Assembly: GCA_018303405.1 (NCBI GenBank)
Contig: JAGVYD010000009.1
Location: 64,856-128,855 of the forward strand
Length of the DNA: 64,000 bases
Reading direction: 5' to 3'
DNA from: Candidatus Woesearchaeota archaeon
GTDB taxonomy: Archaea > Nanobdellota > Nanobdellia > Woesearchaeales > JABMPP01
In this document: piece by piece, positions 28,803 to 38,723 of the stretch
How positions within the stretch are numbered: position 1 is the first letter of the stretch
Layout of the letters: each line of letters begins with the position of its first letter
Notes under the pieces: generated by a model
Database searches by the model: none
The model's input: the letters and a program-made list of their open reading frames with translations, nothing else
What the model was told of the DNA's origin: nothing
Translations under genes and position numbers: made by a program

Positions 28803-29420
28803 TTAATGGTGACCGCCGCCACCTTGGCTGCCTCCACCGCCTCCGCTGTAAATATTCTTGAGGTCCTGCCTGAATTCGCTCGGTCCATGACTCTCCTTTG
28901 GCTCGCTGGTGATGAATGCGACCAGTAGGCCAAATATAATCAATATTATTGCCATTGACAGGGCGTCGTCTCCAAAATTAACTTCAATCCAGTCCCAGCC
29001 TCCCCACCAGTTAGCAGCTGCCCCGAAGATGAACAGTATCACTGCCACGGACAGGAAAGTTATCCAGCCGGATAAGGCAACTCCAAACAGCTTGTATTCG
29101 CCGCCGAACATGCCCACCAACACCAACAGCATCAGCACCGCAATCAACACGATGGATACATTTGGCAGGGCCTTATTCATAATGGCCACCGGATCAACAT
29201 CTTCGGACGGGTAATCGTTTGTGACATGTGGGATTACCACAATCAGCGCGATTACCAGCGCCACAGCCAGGTTCATGTTCTTTTTTCCTTCACCCAATAC
29301 TTTTGTCTTCTGCAGGATTGCGAAGAATATTGTGAAGATCAGTAGGAATGGAAGCATGACGTCTCTTACGCCAACATCGTCCAGCCACCTGATAAAGTCC
29401 TGCAAAGCTCCATTTGCCAT
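28803..29420 (-). CDS. Hypothetical membrane protein (paralog 2 of 3)
   Basis: DVMLPFLLIFTIFFAILQKTKVLG; Gly/His tail; GGTGGTGA RBS. Confidence 0.82.
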   Translation of the reverse strand: MANGALQDFIRWLDDVGVRDVMLPFLLIFTIFFAILQKTKVLGEGKKNMNLAVALVIALIVVIPHVTNDYPSEDVDPVAIMNKALPNVSIVLIAVLMLLVLVGMFGGEYKLFGVALSGWITFLSVAVILFIFGAAANWWGGWDWIEVNFGDDALSMAIILIIFGLLVAFITSEPKESHGPSEFRQDLKNIYSGGGGGSQGGGGHH

Positions 29421-29422
29421 GT

Positions 29423-30019
29423 TTAATCACCACCTTTCTTTTCGTGTGCCGATTTTGTCGGCCTTCCTTCGTTCACTATAAAATACATAAATATCACAAC
29501 AATAATCAACAATATTATTGCTGCCATCCACCTAGTATCCCAGAAGTTGACCACTGAGCTCCAAAGCCAGACCAGCAGCCTTTGTTCTCCTGAGGATGTG
29601 TCAATCCTGATTGCCGCGGCAAAAATAAGCAACAATGCAACCAGCATCCCCCAGGTAAAAGCGGTCCTCCACCCGCCGAAGAGAGCAACATGCTCATCCT
29701 CCCTGTAAAAGGATCCTATTAGGAGCAGGAACGAAACTGAAATCAGGAGCAACAGCACAATATTGGCCATTGTCTCGTTGATTATCCTTACCAGTTGTGC
29801 AGATGCCACAACAAGGAATGCCATGACAAATGCAACCATTGAGTTCAGGTTTTTCTTTGTATATTTTTTGCCTTCGATTTCTTCGGTGCCAAGCACCTTG
29901 GTCTTTTCGAGTATGGCAAAAACGATGGTAAATACCAGCAAAAAAGGCAGGATGACGTCGTAAATGCCTATATCCGTAAAAAAACTTAGGACTGATCTGA
30001 ACACTGATTCCTCTGCCAT
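29423..30019 (-). CDS. Hypothetical membrane protein (paralog 1 of 3)
   Basis: DVILPFLLVFTIVFAILEKTKVLG. Confidence 0.82.
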   Translation of the reverse strand: MAEESVFRSVLSFFTDIGIYDVILPFLLVFTIVFAILEKTKVLGTEEIEGKKYTKKNLNSMVAFVMAFLVVASAQLVRIINETMANIVLLLLISVSFLLLIGSFYREDEHVALFGGWRTAFTWGMLVALLLIFAAAIRIDTSSGEQRLLVWLWSSVVNFWDTRWMAAIILLIIVVIFMYFIVNEGRPTKSAHEKKGGD

Positions 30020-30180
30020 ATTAGTCTACCTTACTCTTAATCCATATATAAATTTTTCTATTGTGGCAAATATGAAGAAAAATGGATTATCGAGAAGAAA
30101 AATGAGGGAAGATATGATTATTGCTTGGCCCGGCCCGGCAATGGCGAATCTTTATAAAATACCGTTGCATCTTTGCGGTT

Positions 30181-30798
30181 ATGGCAGCAAGAACACCTGG
30201 CATGGCAAGAAACCTCAGTGGCAATGAAAGGGAATTTTCCCAAATGAGGGATGAGATGGAGAAGTTTGACAAGCAAAGGGACCAGCTTATCAAGCAAAGC
30301 AGGGACATTCTTTCCAATGCAAAATACGCGATTTACTGTGCCCATAGGGATGATATGGTTAAGGCAAGGGAATTTCTGGCCAGTGCTGGCAGCCAAATAG
30401 CTGTCCTGAGAAAATCCATGAAAGGCATGCCGGAAATGGAAAGCATTGGGGCCTTCAAGGCAGCCATGCAGGAGTATGCTGAAGCCTACCTATTCTACAC
30501 CTATGCAACACAGGGCAAACTTGCCAGCAAGAAACAGATTGGAGCCAGTGCTGATGACTACCTGATGGGACTGTGCGATTTCACAGGCGAAATGGCGCGC
30601 AGGGCTGTGCTTCAGGGCGGAAAAAAGAACATTTCTGAGGTTGAAAGCATTAGGAAAATAGTCGAAATGACGCACGGCGAGCTGCTCAAGTTCAATTTCC
30701 GTAACGGCGAGCTTCGAAAGAAGTATGACAGCGTTAAGTGGAACCTCAAAAAAATAGAGGAAATCATGTATGATTTGAGTGTCAGGGACATCAAATGA
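30181..30798 (+). CDS. Translin/TRAX family protein
   Basis: RDQLIKQSRDI, AMQEYAEA, YLMGLCDFTGEMAR, LRKKYDSVK; start refined using TTTATAAA at 30151. Confidence 0.9.
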   Translation: MAARTPGMARNLSGNEREFSQMRDEMEKFDKQRDQLIKQSRDILSNAKYAIYCAHRDDMVKAREFLASAGSQIAVLRKSMKGMPEMESIGAFKAAMQEYAEAYLFYTYATQGKLASKKQIGASADDYLMGLCDFTGEMARRAVLQGGKKNISEVESIRKIVEMTHGELLKFNFRNGELRKKYDSVKWNLKKIEEIMYDLSVRDIK

Positions 30799-30815
30799 CC
30801 CGACAAACTTACCAT

Positions 30816-30977
30816 GCTTTGCCCGAAAACTCGCCTTCCGGCTCGGTTTGGGCATCTGCTCAGCTTTGCAGCTTCTCGCGAATTGCATTTTTCTCCTCTG
30901 CAACCCCGAAAAATGCATAATCCCTCCGGGAACGGGCTTCGCAAAATTGATGCCCAAACTAACTTTTCGGGCGAAGC
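30816..30977. mobile_element. Palindromic MITE-like element, copy 1 (162 bp)
   Basis: Terminal IR GCTTTGCCCGAAAA/TTTTCGGGCGAAGC; inner IR GTTTGGGCATC/GATGCCCAAAC; flanking direct repeat AACTTACC. Confidence 0.7.
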
Positions 30978-31037
30978 CAACTTACCGCAAAGCTTTTTAT
31001 ATCCGTGGACTTTAGGGTGTTAACAGAGGGGGTATGA

Positions 31038-31826
31038 ATGAATCCTGAAAGAGAGATTATCAACCAATGGCTCAGCCGGAAGGGTTTCTTCACAATTGAC
31101 AGCATACCGCTTGAAAATAACAGGATAATCGACATTCTTGCAGTAAAAATCACCGGCGGAAACGTCAGCAAGGTCATGCACATAGAGACTGCCTGCACCA
31201 TCAGCAGCCTGGACAATGTTTCCATGGCTGAATTCGAAATGAAATTCAACGATAAGAACGTTGTCCGGAAGGTCAAGTCCACAATCAGGGAATCGCTTGG
31301 CATTGAGGCTGAATATGACAAAGTGCTGGTGATCGGAAGCTCAAACAGGCTGGCGGATTTTAAGGCATTGGACGGCATAAGGACAATCAAGTTTGAGGAT
31401 ATTCTTTTTGACACCATGGCAGGCCTGAACAAGCAAAGCTACAGGAATGAAGTTGTCAGGACCCTGCAGCTTGTGAAATACCTGCTGTTGTCCAAGCCAA
31501 CAAAGGCTGCGGAAATAATTGGCTTCAATGGGCCAAACAAGTTCCTTACACAGATGGAGAGGGAGGAATTCATAAGAATGCTGCTGACGCAGGGGGATGT
31601 CAAGCGCATCCTGGGAAAAAAGAGCATGGAGCATGAAGTGGCCAATGTGCTTTCTGAATCAACCCTGGCAAGGCCTGAAAAGCTGGCAGAGGCAATAGAA
31701 GGAAGCCTCATGAACAGCAGGGCAAAGAGGAAGTTCCAGAAGCTCATGATTGCAAAACAGGAAATAAAGGTCACCAAGAAACAGCTTCAGCCAAAGGAAA
31801 AAAGCCTTGAGATTTTCTTTGGGTAA
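31038..31826 (+). CDS. Hypothetical protein with a PD-(D/E)XK-like N-terminal domain
   Basis: ERE..NQWL..KGF, IDILAVK, HIET pattern resembles Hjc/Mrr-type folds; catalytic Lys not evident. Confidence 0.6.
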   Translation: MNPEREIINQWLSRKGFFTIDSIPLENNRIIDILAVKITGGNVSKVMHIETACTISSLDNVSMAEFEMKFNDKNVVRKVKSTIRESLGIEAEYDKVLVIGSSNRLADFKALDGIRTIKFEDILFDTMAGLNKQSYRNEVVRTLQLVKYLLLSKPTKAAEIIGFNGPNKFLTQMEREEFIRMLLTQGDVKRILGKKSMEHEVANVLSESTLARPEKLAEAIEGSLMNSRAKRKFQKLMIAKQEIKVTKKQLQPKEKSLEIFFG

Positions 31827-31869
31827 AATATCCATTGCGTTTTGAAACAGGAATTTTTGGCAGAAATAA

Positions 31870-32037
31870 TTATTTTTTGTGGCCTTTCCTGAAAATCATG
31901 TCCTTGAGCTCTCTTGCCTCTTTCTGGAATTCAGCATCTTCCTGCTTCATTTTCCCTGTTGATTCAATCTTGCTGTCCTTTGACTCCAATTCTTTGGCCT
32001 TTCGCAGTGCCCTTTTTTTGTCATCTTCCCATGCCAT
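31870..32037 (-). CDS. Small charged protein (55 aa)
   Basis: Manual translation MAWEDDKKRALRKAKELESKDSKIESTGKMKQEDAEFQKEARELKDMIFRKGHKK; AT-rich TATA-like sequence about 25 nt upstream; below the ORF-track cutoff. Confidence 0.6.
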   Translation of the reverse strand: MAWEDDKKRALRKAKELESKDSKIESTGKMKQEDAEFQKEARELKDMIFRKGHKK

Positions 32038-32082
32038 GCAGCTTTCTAATCTGGGGTATTATATTAATTTTTCCCGGCAAAA

Positions 32083-32299
32083 GCTTAGCAGAAAACTTCG
32101 CCTGAAGGCTCAGGTTTTGCCATCGGCTCGCATGAGACACTTATCCATGAAGGCAGTTTTCTCCCTGGAACTTAACGATTTTTGGAATCGCTTAAGTGCC
32201 GAACGAGCAGAGCGAGTGACCGCACTTCGAAAACTGCTGCCTGCCTTATTTCCAGATGCTCGCAAAATTGATGGCAAAACGTAAACTTTTCTGCTAAGC
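32083..32299. mobile_element. Palindromic MITE-like element, copy 2 (217 bp)
   Basis: Terminal IR GCTTAGCAGAAAA/TTTTCTGCTAAGC; inner IR GTTTTGCCATC/GATGGCAAAAC; flanking direct repeat CCCGGCAAA. Confidence 0.75.
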
Positions 32300-32339
32300 C
32301 CCGGCAAAGCTTTAAAAACAATCAGATGATTATTGCGGC

Positions 32340-33884
32340 ATGATAAAAGGCCAGGTCATAGGCGGGGAGATAGGCAAAATCATTATCCGGCAAAAGTCAG
32401 GGAATGACATGGAGCTTGGCGAGCTGCTTGTGGCTGACAGCAGCGGCCCCGGCCAGGGCAAAGTCCTGTTTCAGTGCTATGACCTTCTTTTCGGCAGCCA
32501 GCTTGGCCAGCAGACCCTTGAGCTTGTATCTGGAATGAAGCTCGAAGAGGAAACCGACCTTGATTTTATGGACCCGCATCTCAGGAATTACTCATTGTCC
32601 TACCTAAAGCCTGTCCTTGCCATAAAAGGGAAAAGGGCAGAGCTATGCAAAGCACTTCCGGGTTTTTTTTCAGAAGTAAGGGAGGTCACAAAGGACGACC
32701 TGGCATTTATGACGCGGCCAGAAAATGCAATTTCAGTGGGCAAGCTCAGAAGCGGCTCAAGAAAGCTGGATGTGGACATTTACCTAAAAGGGGATGATGT
32801 TTTTTCGCACCACATTTTGGTTGCCGGGACAACAGGGAGGGGAAAAAGCGTTTTGATCTCAAACATGATCTGGAATGCAATTTCAGAGGATTTTTGCGGG
32901 ATGCTCGTCCTCGACCCGCATGATGAATACTACGGCAGGAACAAGTTTGGGATGAAAGACCACCCAAGCAGGGAAAAGGTAATCTATTACACTTCAAGAA
33001 ACCCGCCATCTGGCGCCAGAAGCCTGAAAATCAACCTTAAATCGGTAAAGCCGCAGCATTTCTCAGGAGTGATCGAGCTTTCAGACCCGCAGACCCAGGC
33101 ACTTTATGCCTATTACAAGCAGTATGGGGAAAGGTGGGTAGAAAGCCTTGTGCTTGACAAGCCAGTTGATGTCCCTGGCTTTCAAGAGGGAACAATAACT
33201 GTTGCCAGGAGAAAGATGATTAGCATGCTGGATGTAAAGATGAAGGATGACAGGCTTGTTTGCAGCGGGATATTTGACATTCAGGCAGGAGAAACCACAA
33301 TATCAGACATTACGAATGAATTGGAAAAAGGCAGTGTTGTAATTGTCGATACCTCAAATTTTGCAGGGGCTGTTGAGCTTCTGGTCGGCGCCATGGTCAG
33401 CCACAGCATTCTTGGGAAATACAGGCATTACAACATGTCAGGCGACCTGAGAGGCAAGCCGGTCATATCAATTGTGATTGAGGAAGCCCCGAGGGTGCTG
33501 GGCAAGGATGTGCTTGAAAAAGGGCAGAATGTGTTTTCAACAATTGCCAGGGAAGGCAGAAAGTTCAAAATCGGGCTTTTGGCAATAACACAGCTTCCTT
33601 CAATGATACCAAGGGATATACTTGCGAATATGAACACGAAAATAATACTTGGGATTGAGATGGCCCAGGAAAGGCAGGCAATAATAGAAAGCGCCAGCCA
33701 GGACCTGAGCGAAGACAGCAGGACAATCGCCTCTTTGGACAAGGGGGAGGCAATAATTACAAGCACGTTCACCAAATTTGCCACGCCAATTGCAGTGCCA
33801 ATGTTCGGCCCGGAACTATTGCCAAGGAGCCCGGTTGGGACGCGCAAAGAAGTCAAAAAAGAGTTCATCGGTGTTGGATTATAG
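32340..33884 (+). CDS. herA: HerA helicase/ATPase
   Basis: HAS-barrel N-terminus, [39 protein letters not shown]; next to mre11. Confidence 0.88.
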   Translation: MIKGQVIGGEIGKIIIRQKSGNDMELGELLVADSSGPGQGKVLFQCYDLLFGSQLGQQTLELVSGMKLEEETDLDFMDPHLRNYSLSYLKPVLAIKGKRAELCKALPGFFSEVREVTKDDLAFMTRPENAISVGKLRSGSRKLDVDIYLKGDDVFSHHILVAGTTGRGKSVLISNMIWNAISEDFCGMLVLDPHDEYYGRNKFGMKDHPSREKVIYYTSRNPPSGARSLKINLKSVKPQHFSGVIELSDPQTQALYAYYKQYGERWVESLVLDKPVDVPGFQEGTITVARRKMISMLDVKMKDDRLVCSGIFDIQAGETTISDITNELEKGSVVIVDTSNFAGAVELLVGAMVSHSILGKYRHYNMSGDLRGKPVISIVIEEAPRVLGKDVLEKGQNVFSTIAREGRKFKIGLLAITQLPSMIPRDILANMNTKIILGIEMAQERQAIIESASQDLSEDSRTIASLDKGEAIITSTFTKFATPIAVPMFGPELLPRSPVGTRKEVKKEFIGVGL

Positions 33885-33984
33885 CTTATATTAGTTATAT
33901 TATAATATGTATGATAAAAAATAGATTATTATATATATAGTTTTTAAAATATCTACTAAAATATATATAATGAAGCTGATTAAT

Positions 33985-35196
33985 ATGAAATTTGCGCATA
34001 TGGCTGACTGCCATGTTGGAAGCTGGAGAGACCCGAGGCTGAGATATGTGAGTACAGAAGCTTTCTGCAGGGCCTTGGATGCGGCAATTGAGCGAAAGGT
34101 TGATTTCATAATAATTGCCGGGGACCTTTTCAATACCTCGCTTCCGCCCCTGGACAGCCTTAAGGTTGTGGCAAAAAGGCTAAAGGAATTGAAGGACATT
34201 GGAATTCCTGTATATATTGTTGCCGGAAGCCATGATTATTCGCCTTCTGGCAAGACAATGCTTGATGTCCTTGAAAGCGCAGACCTGCTGGTTAATGTGA
34301 CAAAGGGGGAGGTCGCAGGAGAGAAATTAAGGCTCAGGATGACAACGGATAAAAAAACAGGGGCAAAAATAACTGGCATCCTGGGCAGGAGAAACATGCT
34401 GGAGAGGGCTTATTTTGAAAGCCTTGACAGGGAGAGCCTTGAAAAGGAAAAAGGATTCAAGATTTTTGTTTTCCACACTGCGCTGAATGAATTGAAAAAA
34501 GAAGGGCAGGAACATCTGGACAGCAATCCAATTTCCATCATGCCCAAGGGATTCGACTATTATGCCGGGGGCCACGTCCACATGGTTTTCAACAAGGAGA
34601 TTAAGGAGTATGGGAGGGTGGTTTATCCAGGGCCGTTGTTCCCAAACAGCTTCAGCGAGATTGAGGAATTGCACCATGGCGGCTTTTATATTTATGAAGA
34701 CGGGAAAATGGAGTTCGTCCCAATCAAAATCTTCGAGACATTGCATTTGGAATTTGACTGCGATGGAAAAACGCCTGAGCAGGTGAGAAAGGAGATTGGT
34801 GACAGGACTGACAATGAAGATTTGCAGCATAAAATTGTGACATTGAGGCTTTTCGGGAATCTCAGCGGCGGCAAGATAAGCGACATAAACATCAATGAAA
34901 CTGTTGAAGCAATGATGCAGAAAAAAGCCTATGTTGTCCTGAAAAATACCTTCAAGCTTGGAACAGAAAGCTTTGAAGAAATAAAGATACACCAGGGTTC
35001 AGTTGAAGAAATCGAAAGCAAAGTAATAGCCGAGCATCTTGGCCAGCTGAAAATTGATGGCATGAATGCCACAGAGGAGCAGAAGCTGGTTCTAGGCCTG
35101 ATGAAAGCACTAACCGCTGAAAGGAATGAAGGGGAAAGGGTGGCTGACTTCGAGAGAAGGATAAAGGATGACGCCAACAGGCTCATGAAGATTTGA
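33985..35196 (+). CDS. mre11: DNA double-strand break repair nuclease Mre11
   Basis: HMADCHVG, AGDLF, AGSHD, FHT, YYAGGHVH, YPG. Confidence 0.9.
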   Translation: MKFAHMADCHVGSWRDPRLRYVSTEAFCRALDAAIERKVDFIIIAGDLFNTSLPPLDSLKVVAKRLKELKDIGIPVYIVAGSHDYSPSGKTMLDVLESADLLVNVTKGEVAGEKLRLRMTTDKKTGAKITGILGRRNMLERAYFESLDRESLEKEKGFKIFVFHTALNELKKEGQEHLDSNPISIMPKGFDYYAGGHVHMVFNKEIKEYGRVVYPGPLFPNSFSEIEELHHGGFYIYEDGKMEFVPIKIFETLHLEFDCDGKTPEQVRKEIGDRTDNEDLQHKIVTLRLFGNLSGGKISDININETVEAMMQKKAYVVLKNTFKLGTESFEEIKIHQGSVEEIESKVIAEHLGQLKIDGMNATEEQKLVLGLMKALTAERNEGERVADFERRIKDDANRLMKI

Positions 35197-35444
35197 CTGG
35201 CATGTTAATAACCACCGGTCATAGACTGGATGGAAAATTCTGACATTTTTTAGCCATTGTTGCATGCTTTTTGCGAATGGCAAAAAAATGATATATGAAG
35301 TTTAATGATGATTTATATATGACTTCAACCTGGATTGAAGGCTATGCAAGGCTTTTATACTCCAATATCTTACAAGCCTTATTGACATTGATTTAAAATT
35401 ATAAAAAACAGCTATTGAGTCAAAAAATCAGGCGGTGATGCGAG

Positions 35445-37802
35445 ATGAAAAACAAAAACAAGATTTTTTTTATGGCTGCGGCAGTGGCAATCCTGGCCAT
35501 GGTTGTATCAGCATGCAAAATTGAGATGCCTGACAGAGGCCAGAATGGCGCTGACAATATTATCCCGTCCAGCGGCGGGCTGACAGAGGGAGTTTCACTC
35601 CTGTCTGAAGGAGAGGCCAAGCTTGCGACGCAGGGATTGATAAAATTCCAGGATGTCAATGAGCTTAGGCAATTCCTGGCCCAGAGGGCCATATCCGGAC
35701 AATCCGGCGCAGACATGTATGGCATTGGAAGAGGAGGCATGGCCCCTGTGGCAACAATGGCAGAAGGCGCAATGGAATTGGCTGTTGCAGACAGCGTCTC
35801 CCAGAAATCCTCAGGCACAGCAAACTCCATGGACTTTGATGATGGAGCAGGGGACTATTCACAAACCAATGTGCAGTATGAAAATGTGGATGAAGGCGAT
35901 TTTGTAAAGAATGACAACAGGTACATTTACATGATTGCTGACAACAAATTGGTGATTGTGGATGCTTATGATGCAGAGAATGCAGAGATTGTGTCAACAA
36001 CTGAGCTTGCTGAGAAAGCCAGAACAAATCCTGCTGAAACGCAGACATCTGCTGGCAAAGCTGCAAGCATGGACTCTGTGATGATAGACATTGGCTATCC
36101 GGATTATGACTATAGTGACGAAAGAGGCAGGGAGATTTTCATAAACGGGGATAAGCTGATGGTTATTACCGAGAGCAGTGAAAGAGGGTTCTATTTCCCA
36201 AGGTATGACATCATGCCCCAGCCAACATACAGGCAGAGAACAAATATCTATATCTATGATGTCAGCGACAGGACTGACCCCCAGTTATCTGAATCATTCT
36301 CCATGACCGGAAGCTATTACCAGTCCAGGATGATAGGTGACATGGTTTACATTGTGACCCAGGATGGTGTAAGCTACGGGCCTTTGCTCATGGAACCCAT
36401 GGTGACGGGACAAGAGCTAATCAAGCCGGAAATATATTATTTTGACAATCCAGAGAGTGAATACCAGTTCAACACCATAGCTTCAATAGACATGGACAAT
36501 GAAAAAGTCGTTGACAGCAAGACTTTCATGCTTGGCTATGCCAACACCCTGATGGTTTCTGAAAACAACATCTACATTGCCTACCAGAAGCAGAATTACT
36601 GGAGATGGGGCGGATACTGGGGAGATGCCTATGAAAAAGAAAGGTTTGATGATGTAATCCTGCCTTTGCTTCCAGAAGAGCTCAAGACCCAGATAGTTTC
36701 AATTAAGGACCAAAAACTGCCTGAGAATGAGGAATGGCAGGAAATCAGCAAAGTCCTGTCTGTCTTTTTCACAGAGCTTGACCAGAATGATAACCTCCAG
36801 GACCAATACCAGGACGTCTTTGAGACTATCCTTGATGCATTGGATGAGTATGACACCAAAAAAGCAATGGAGGACAGGAAGACTGTAATCCACAAGATTG
36901 GCATACAGGACGGAATGATTGATTACAATGCCAAGGGTGAAGTGGATGGCAGACTTTTAAATCAGTTCTCAATTGATGAGAACCAGGGATACCTGAGAGT
37001 GGCGACAACAGTGGATGTTTGGGCAAGGAAAAGAGTCCAGTACAATAATGTCTATGTCCTTGACTCAGGCATGAAAACTATTGGCGAACTGACAGGCGTT
37101 GCAGAAGATGAGCAGATTTATTCAACCAGGTTCCTTGGAAACAAGCTGTACATGGTAACATTCAGGCAGACTGACCCGTTCTTTGTGATTGATTTGTCTG
37201 ACCCAAGAAATCCAAAGGTCCTTGGCGAATTGAAGATACCTGGCTTCAGCAACTACCTGCACCCCTATGATGAGAACCATATAATCGGCGTTGGCAAAGA
37301 AACAACGGAAGGCGACTTTGGCGGCGTGACCACAACAGGAATAAAGATTGCGCTGTTTGATGTCACGGATGTCAATGACCCCCAGCTTGTTGACAAAGTC
37401 GTAATTGGTGACAGTGGAAGCGACAGCCCAGTGCTGTACGACCATAAGGCTTTCCTGTTCAGCAAGGAAAAAAACCTCCTGGTGCTGCCAATCACTGAAG
37501 TGACTGAAAGGACAAAGCTCAGCCAATACAGGTACAGCAATTCCATCTGGCACGGGGCATATGTCTTCAAGGTGACAGAGGAGGGTATAGACACAACAGG
37601 CAAGGTCACACATTCCAGCACAAAATCAGAATATTGGTACTGGTGGGATGCTGCAAGCGTCATGAGAAGCCTGTATATGGATGACAACCTGTATACAATC
37701 AGCAACAAGTTCATCAAGATAAATGACCTTGCGAACAACCTTGAGGAGCTGAACACAGTTAAGCTGCCTTACCAGGAGAACTCGCCTTACTATTGGAGGT
37801 AA
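35445..37802 (+). CDS. Secreted lipoprotein with beta-propeller domain
   Basis: Lipobox VSAC; YSQTNVQ..VDEGD.VK, LLNQFSIDE, YMVTFRQTDPFFVIDL, GELKIPGFSNYLHP. Confidence 0.88.
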   Translation: MKNKNKIFFMAAAVAILAMVVSACKIEMPDRGQNGADNIIPSSGGLTEGVSLLSEGEAKLATQGLIKFQDVNELRQFLAQRAISGQSGADMYGIGRGGMAPVATMAEGAMELAVADSVSQKSSGTANSMDFDDGAGDYSQTNVQYENVDEGDFVKNDNRYIYMIADNKLVIVDAYDAENAEIVSTTELAEKARTNPAETQTSAGKAASMDSVMIDIGYPDYDYSDERGREIFINGDKLMVITESSERGFYFPRYDIMPQPTYRQRTNIYIYDVSDRTDPQLSESFSMTGSYYQSRMIGDMVYIVTQDGVSYGPLLMEPMVTGQELIKPEIYYFDNPESEYQFNTIASIDMDNEKVVDSKTFMLGYANTLMVSENNIYIAYQKQNYWRWGGYWGDAYEKERFDDVILPLLPEELKTQIVSIKDQKLPENEEWQEISKVLSVFFTELDQNDNLQDQYQDVFETILDALDEYDTKKAMEDRKTVIHKIGIQDGMIDYNAKGEVDGRLLNQFSIDENQGYLRVATTVDVWARKRVQYNNVYVLDSGMKTIGELTGVAEDEQIYSTRFLGNKLYMVTFRQTDPFFVIDLSDPRNPKVLGELKIPGFSNYLHPYDENHIIGVGKETTEGDFGGVTTTGIKIALFDVTDVNDPQLVDKVVIGDSGSDSPVLYDHKAFLFSKEKNLLVLPITEVTERTKLSQYRYSNSIWHGAYVFKVTEEGIDTTGKVTHSSTKSEYWYWWDAASVMRSLYMDDNLYTISNKFIKINDLANNLEELNTVKLPYQENSPYYWR

Positions 37803-37896
37803 GGCGAATTTTTTGTTTTTTTATTAATCATTATAACTACTTGAATATAGCAAAAATGCAAAGCTTTAAGAATTTTCTATCTTATATATACGCAGC

Positions 37897-38649
37897 ATGG
37901 CAATAACAAATGTTGAGTTGTATCAAGGCGACAGGAAGTTGGTTCAGCCAGTTGTAATGACAGATTTGCCTAAGGAAATAACAGAATACATTTCTGGTTT
38001 CGGTGCTGGCAAAGGCTTAAGAATGATTAATGAGCTTGAAATTCCCGAGGGCATTTTACCTACTCCGGCCCAAACATTTTATAAAATGAATGAGTTGTAT
38101 GACTTATACTATCAGGCACCTTCCAAACATAAGACGCTTGGGAAAGCATTTGGAGATGGATTATTCTTGACCGGGCATGTGATTAGGATTGTCAATGGTC
38201 AGCCTTACATTGGAACTTTAGATAATTTAGCAAATGGATATCCTGATGGGGGACCACGGCACATTGAAGATATGGGCCTAGATAAAATGGAAGCGGTTGA
38301 CGGGAGAATCTTTAAACAGGGCAAAGGACAAATAGTTGCCTGGGAAATAGTTGGAGAATACAAAACCAGGGATGGAAAAACGGAATATTTTGCCCTGCCA
38401 TTAGTAGGGGAAAATGGACAACGTTCTGTGGATTATGAAAGTTTTCAGGATCCATTTAACATTTTGGGATTTGAGCATGGAAAATTAATGTCGATAAATC
38501 AAGACCTTTTTAATAGATATAGGATTATCGCGGTTTTGGACAGGGGAAAATTCATAGAAGCTAACCCAGGCGTATCTCTTGAAGACGTTGCTAAAGCTGG
38601 CCCAAAGAGTTTCCCTCCTGTGGAAAAGGTAGAAAGGATTCCTCATTGA
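37897..38649 (+). CDS. Hypothetical protein
   Basis: 250-aa ORF preceded by the GCAAAGCTTTAAG promoter motif. Confidence 0.72.
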   Translation: MAITNVELYQGDRKLVQPVVMTDLPKEITEYISGFGAGKGLRMINELEIPEGILPTPAQTFYKMNELYDLYYQAPSKHKTLGKAFGDGLFLTGHVIRIVNGQPYIGTLDNLANGYPDGGPRHIEDMGLDKMEAVDGRIFKQGKGQIVAWEIVGEYKTRDGKTEYFALPLVGENGQRSVDYESFQDPFNILGFEHGKLMSINQDLFNRYRIIAVLDRGKFIEANPGVSLEDVAKAGPKSFPPVEKVERIPH

Positions 38650-38723
38650 AGCCGTCACTACAATTTCTTTAAAATCTTATTTCAAATTAAAGGCATAGCT
38701 TTAAAAATGAATAAGCTGTTTTC

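Noticed and set aside
31835..32307. 149-aa and 65-aa ORFs across MITE copy 2 (and short ORFs across copy 1)
   Set aside because: Chance frames through palindromic non-coding DNA; no transposase motifs.
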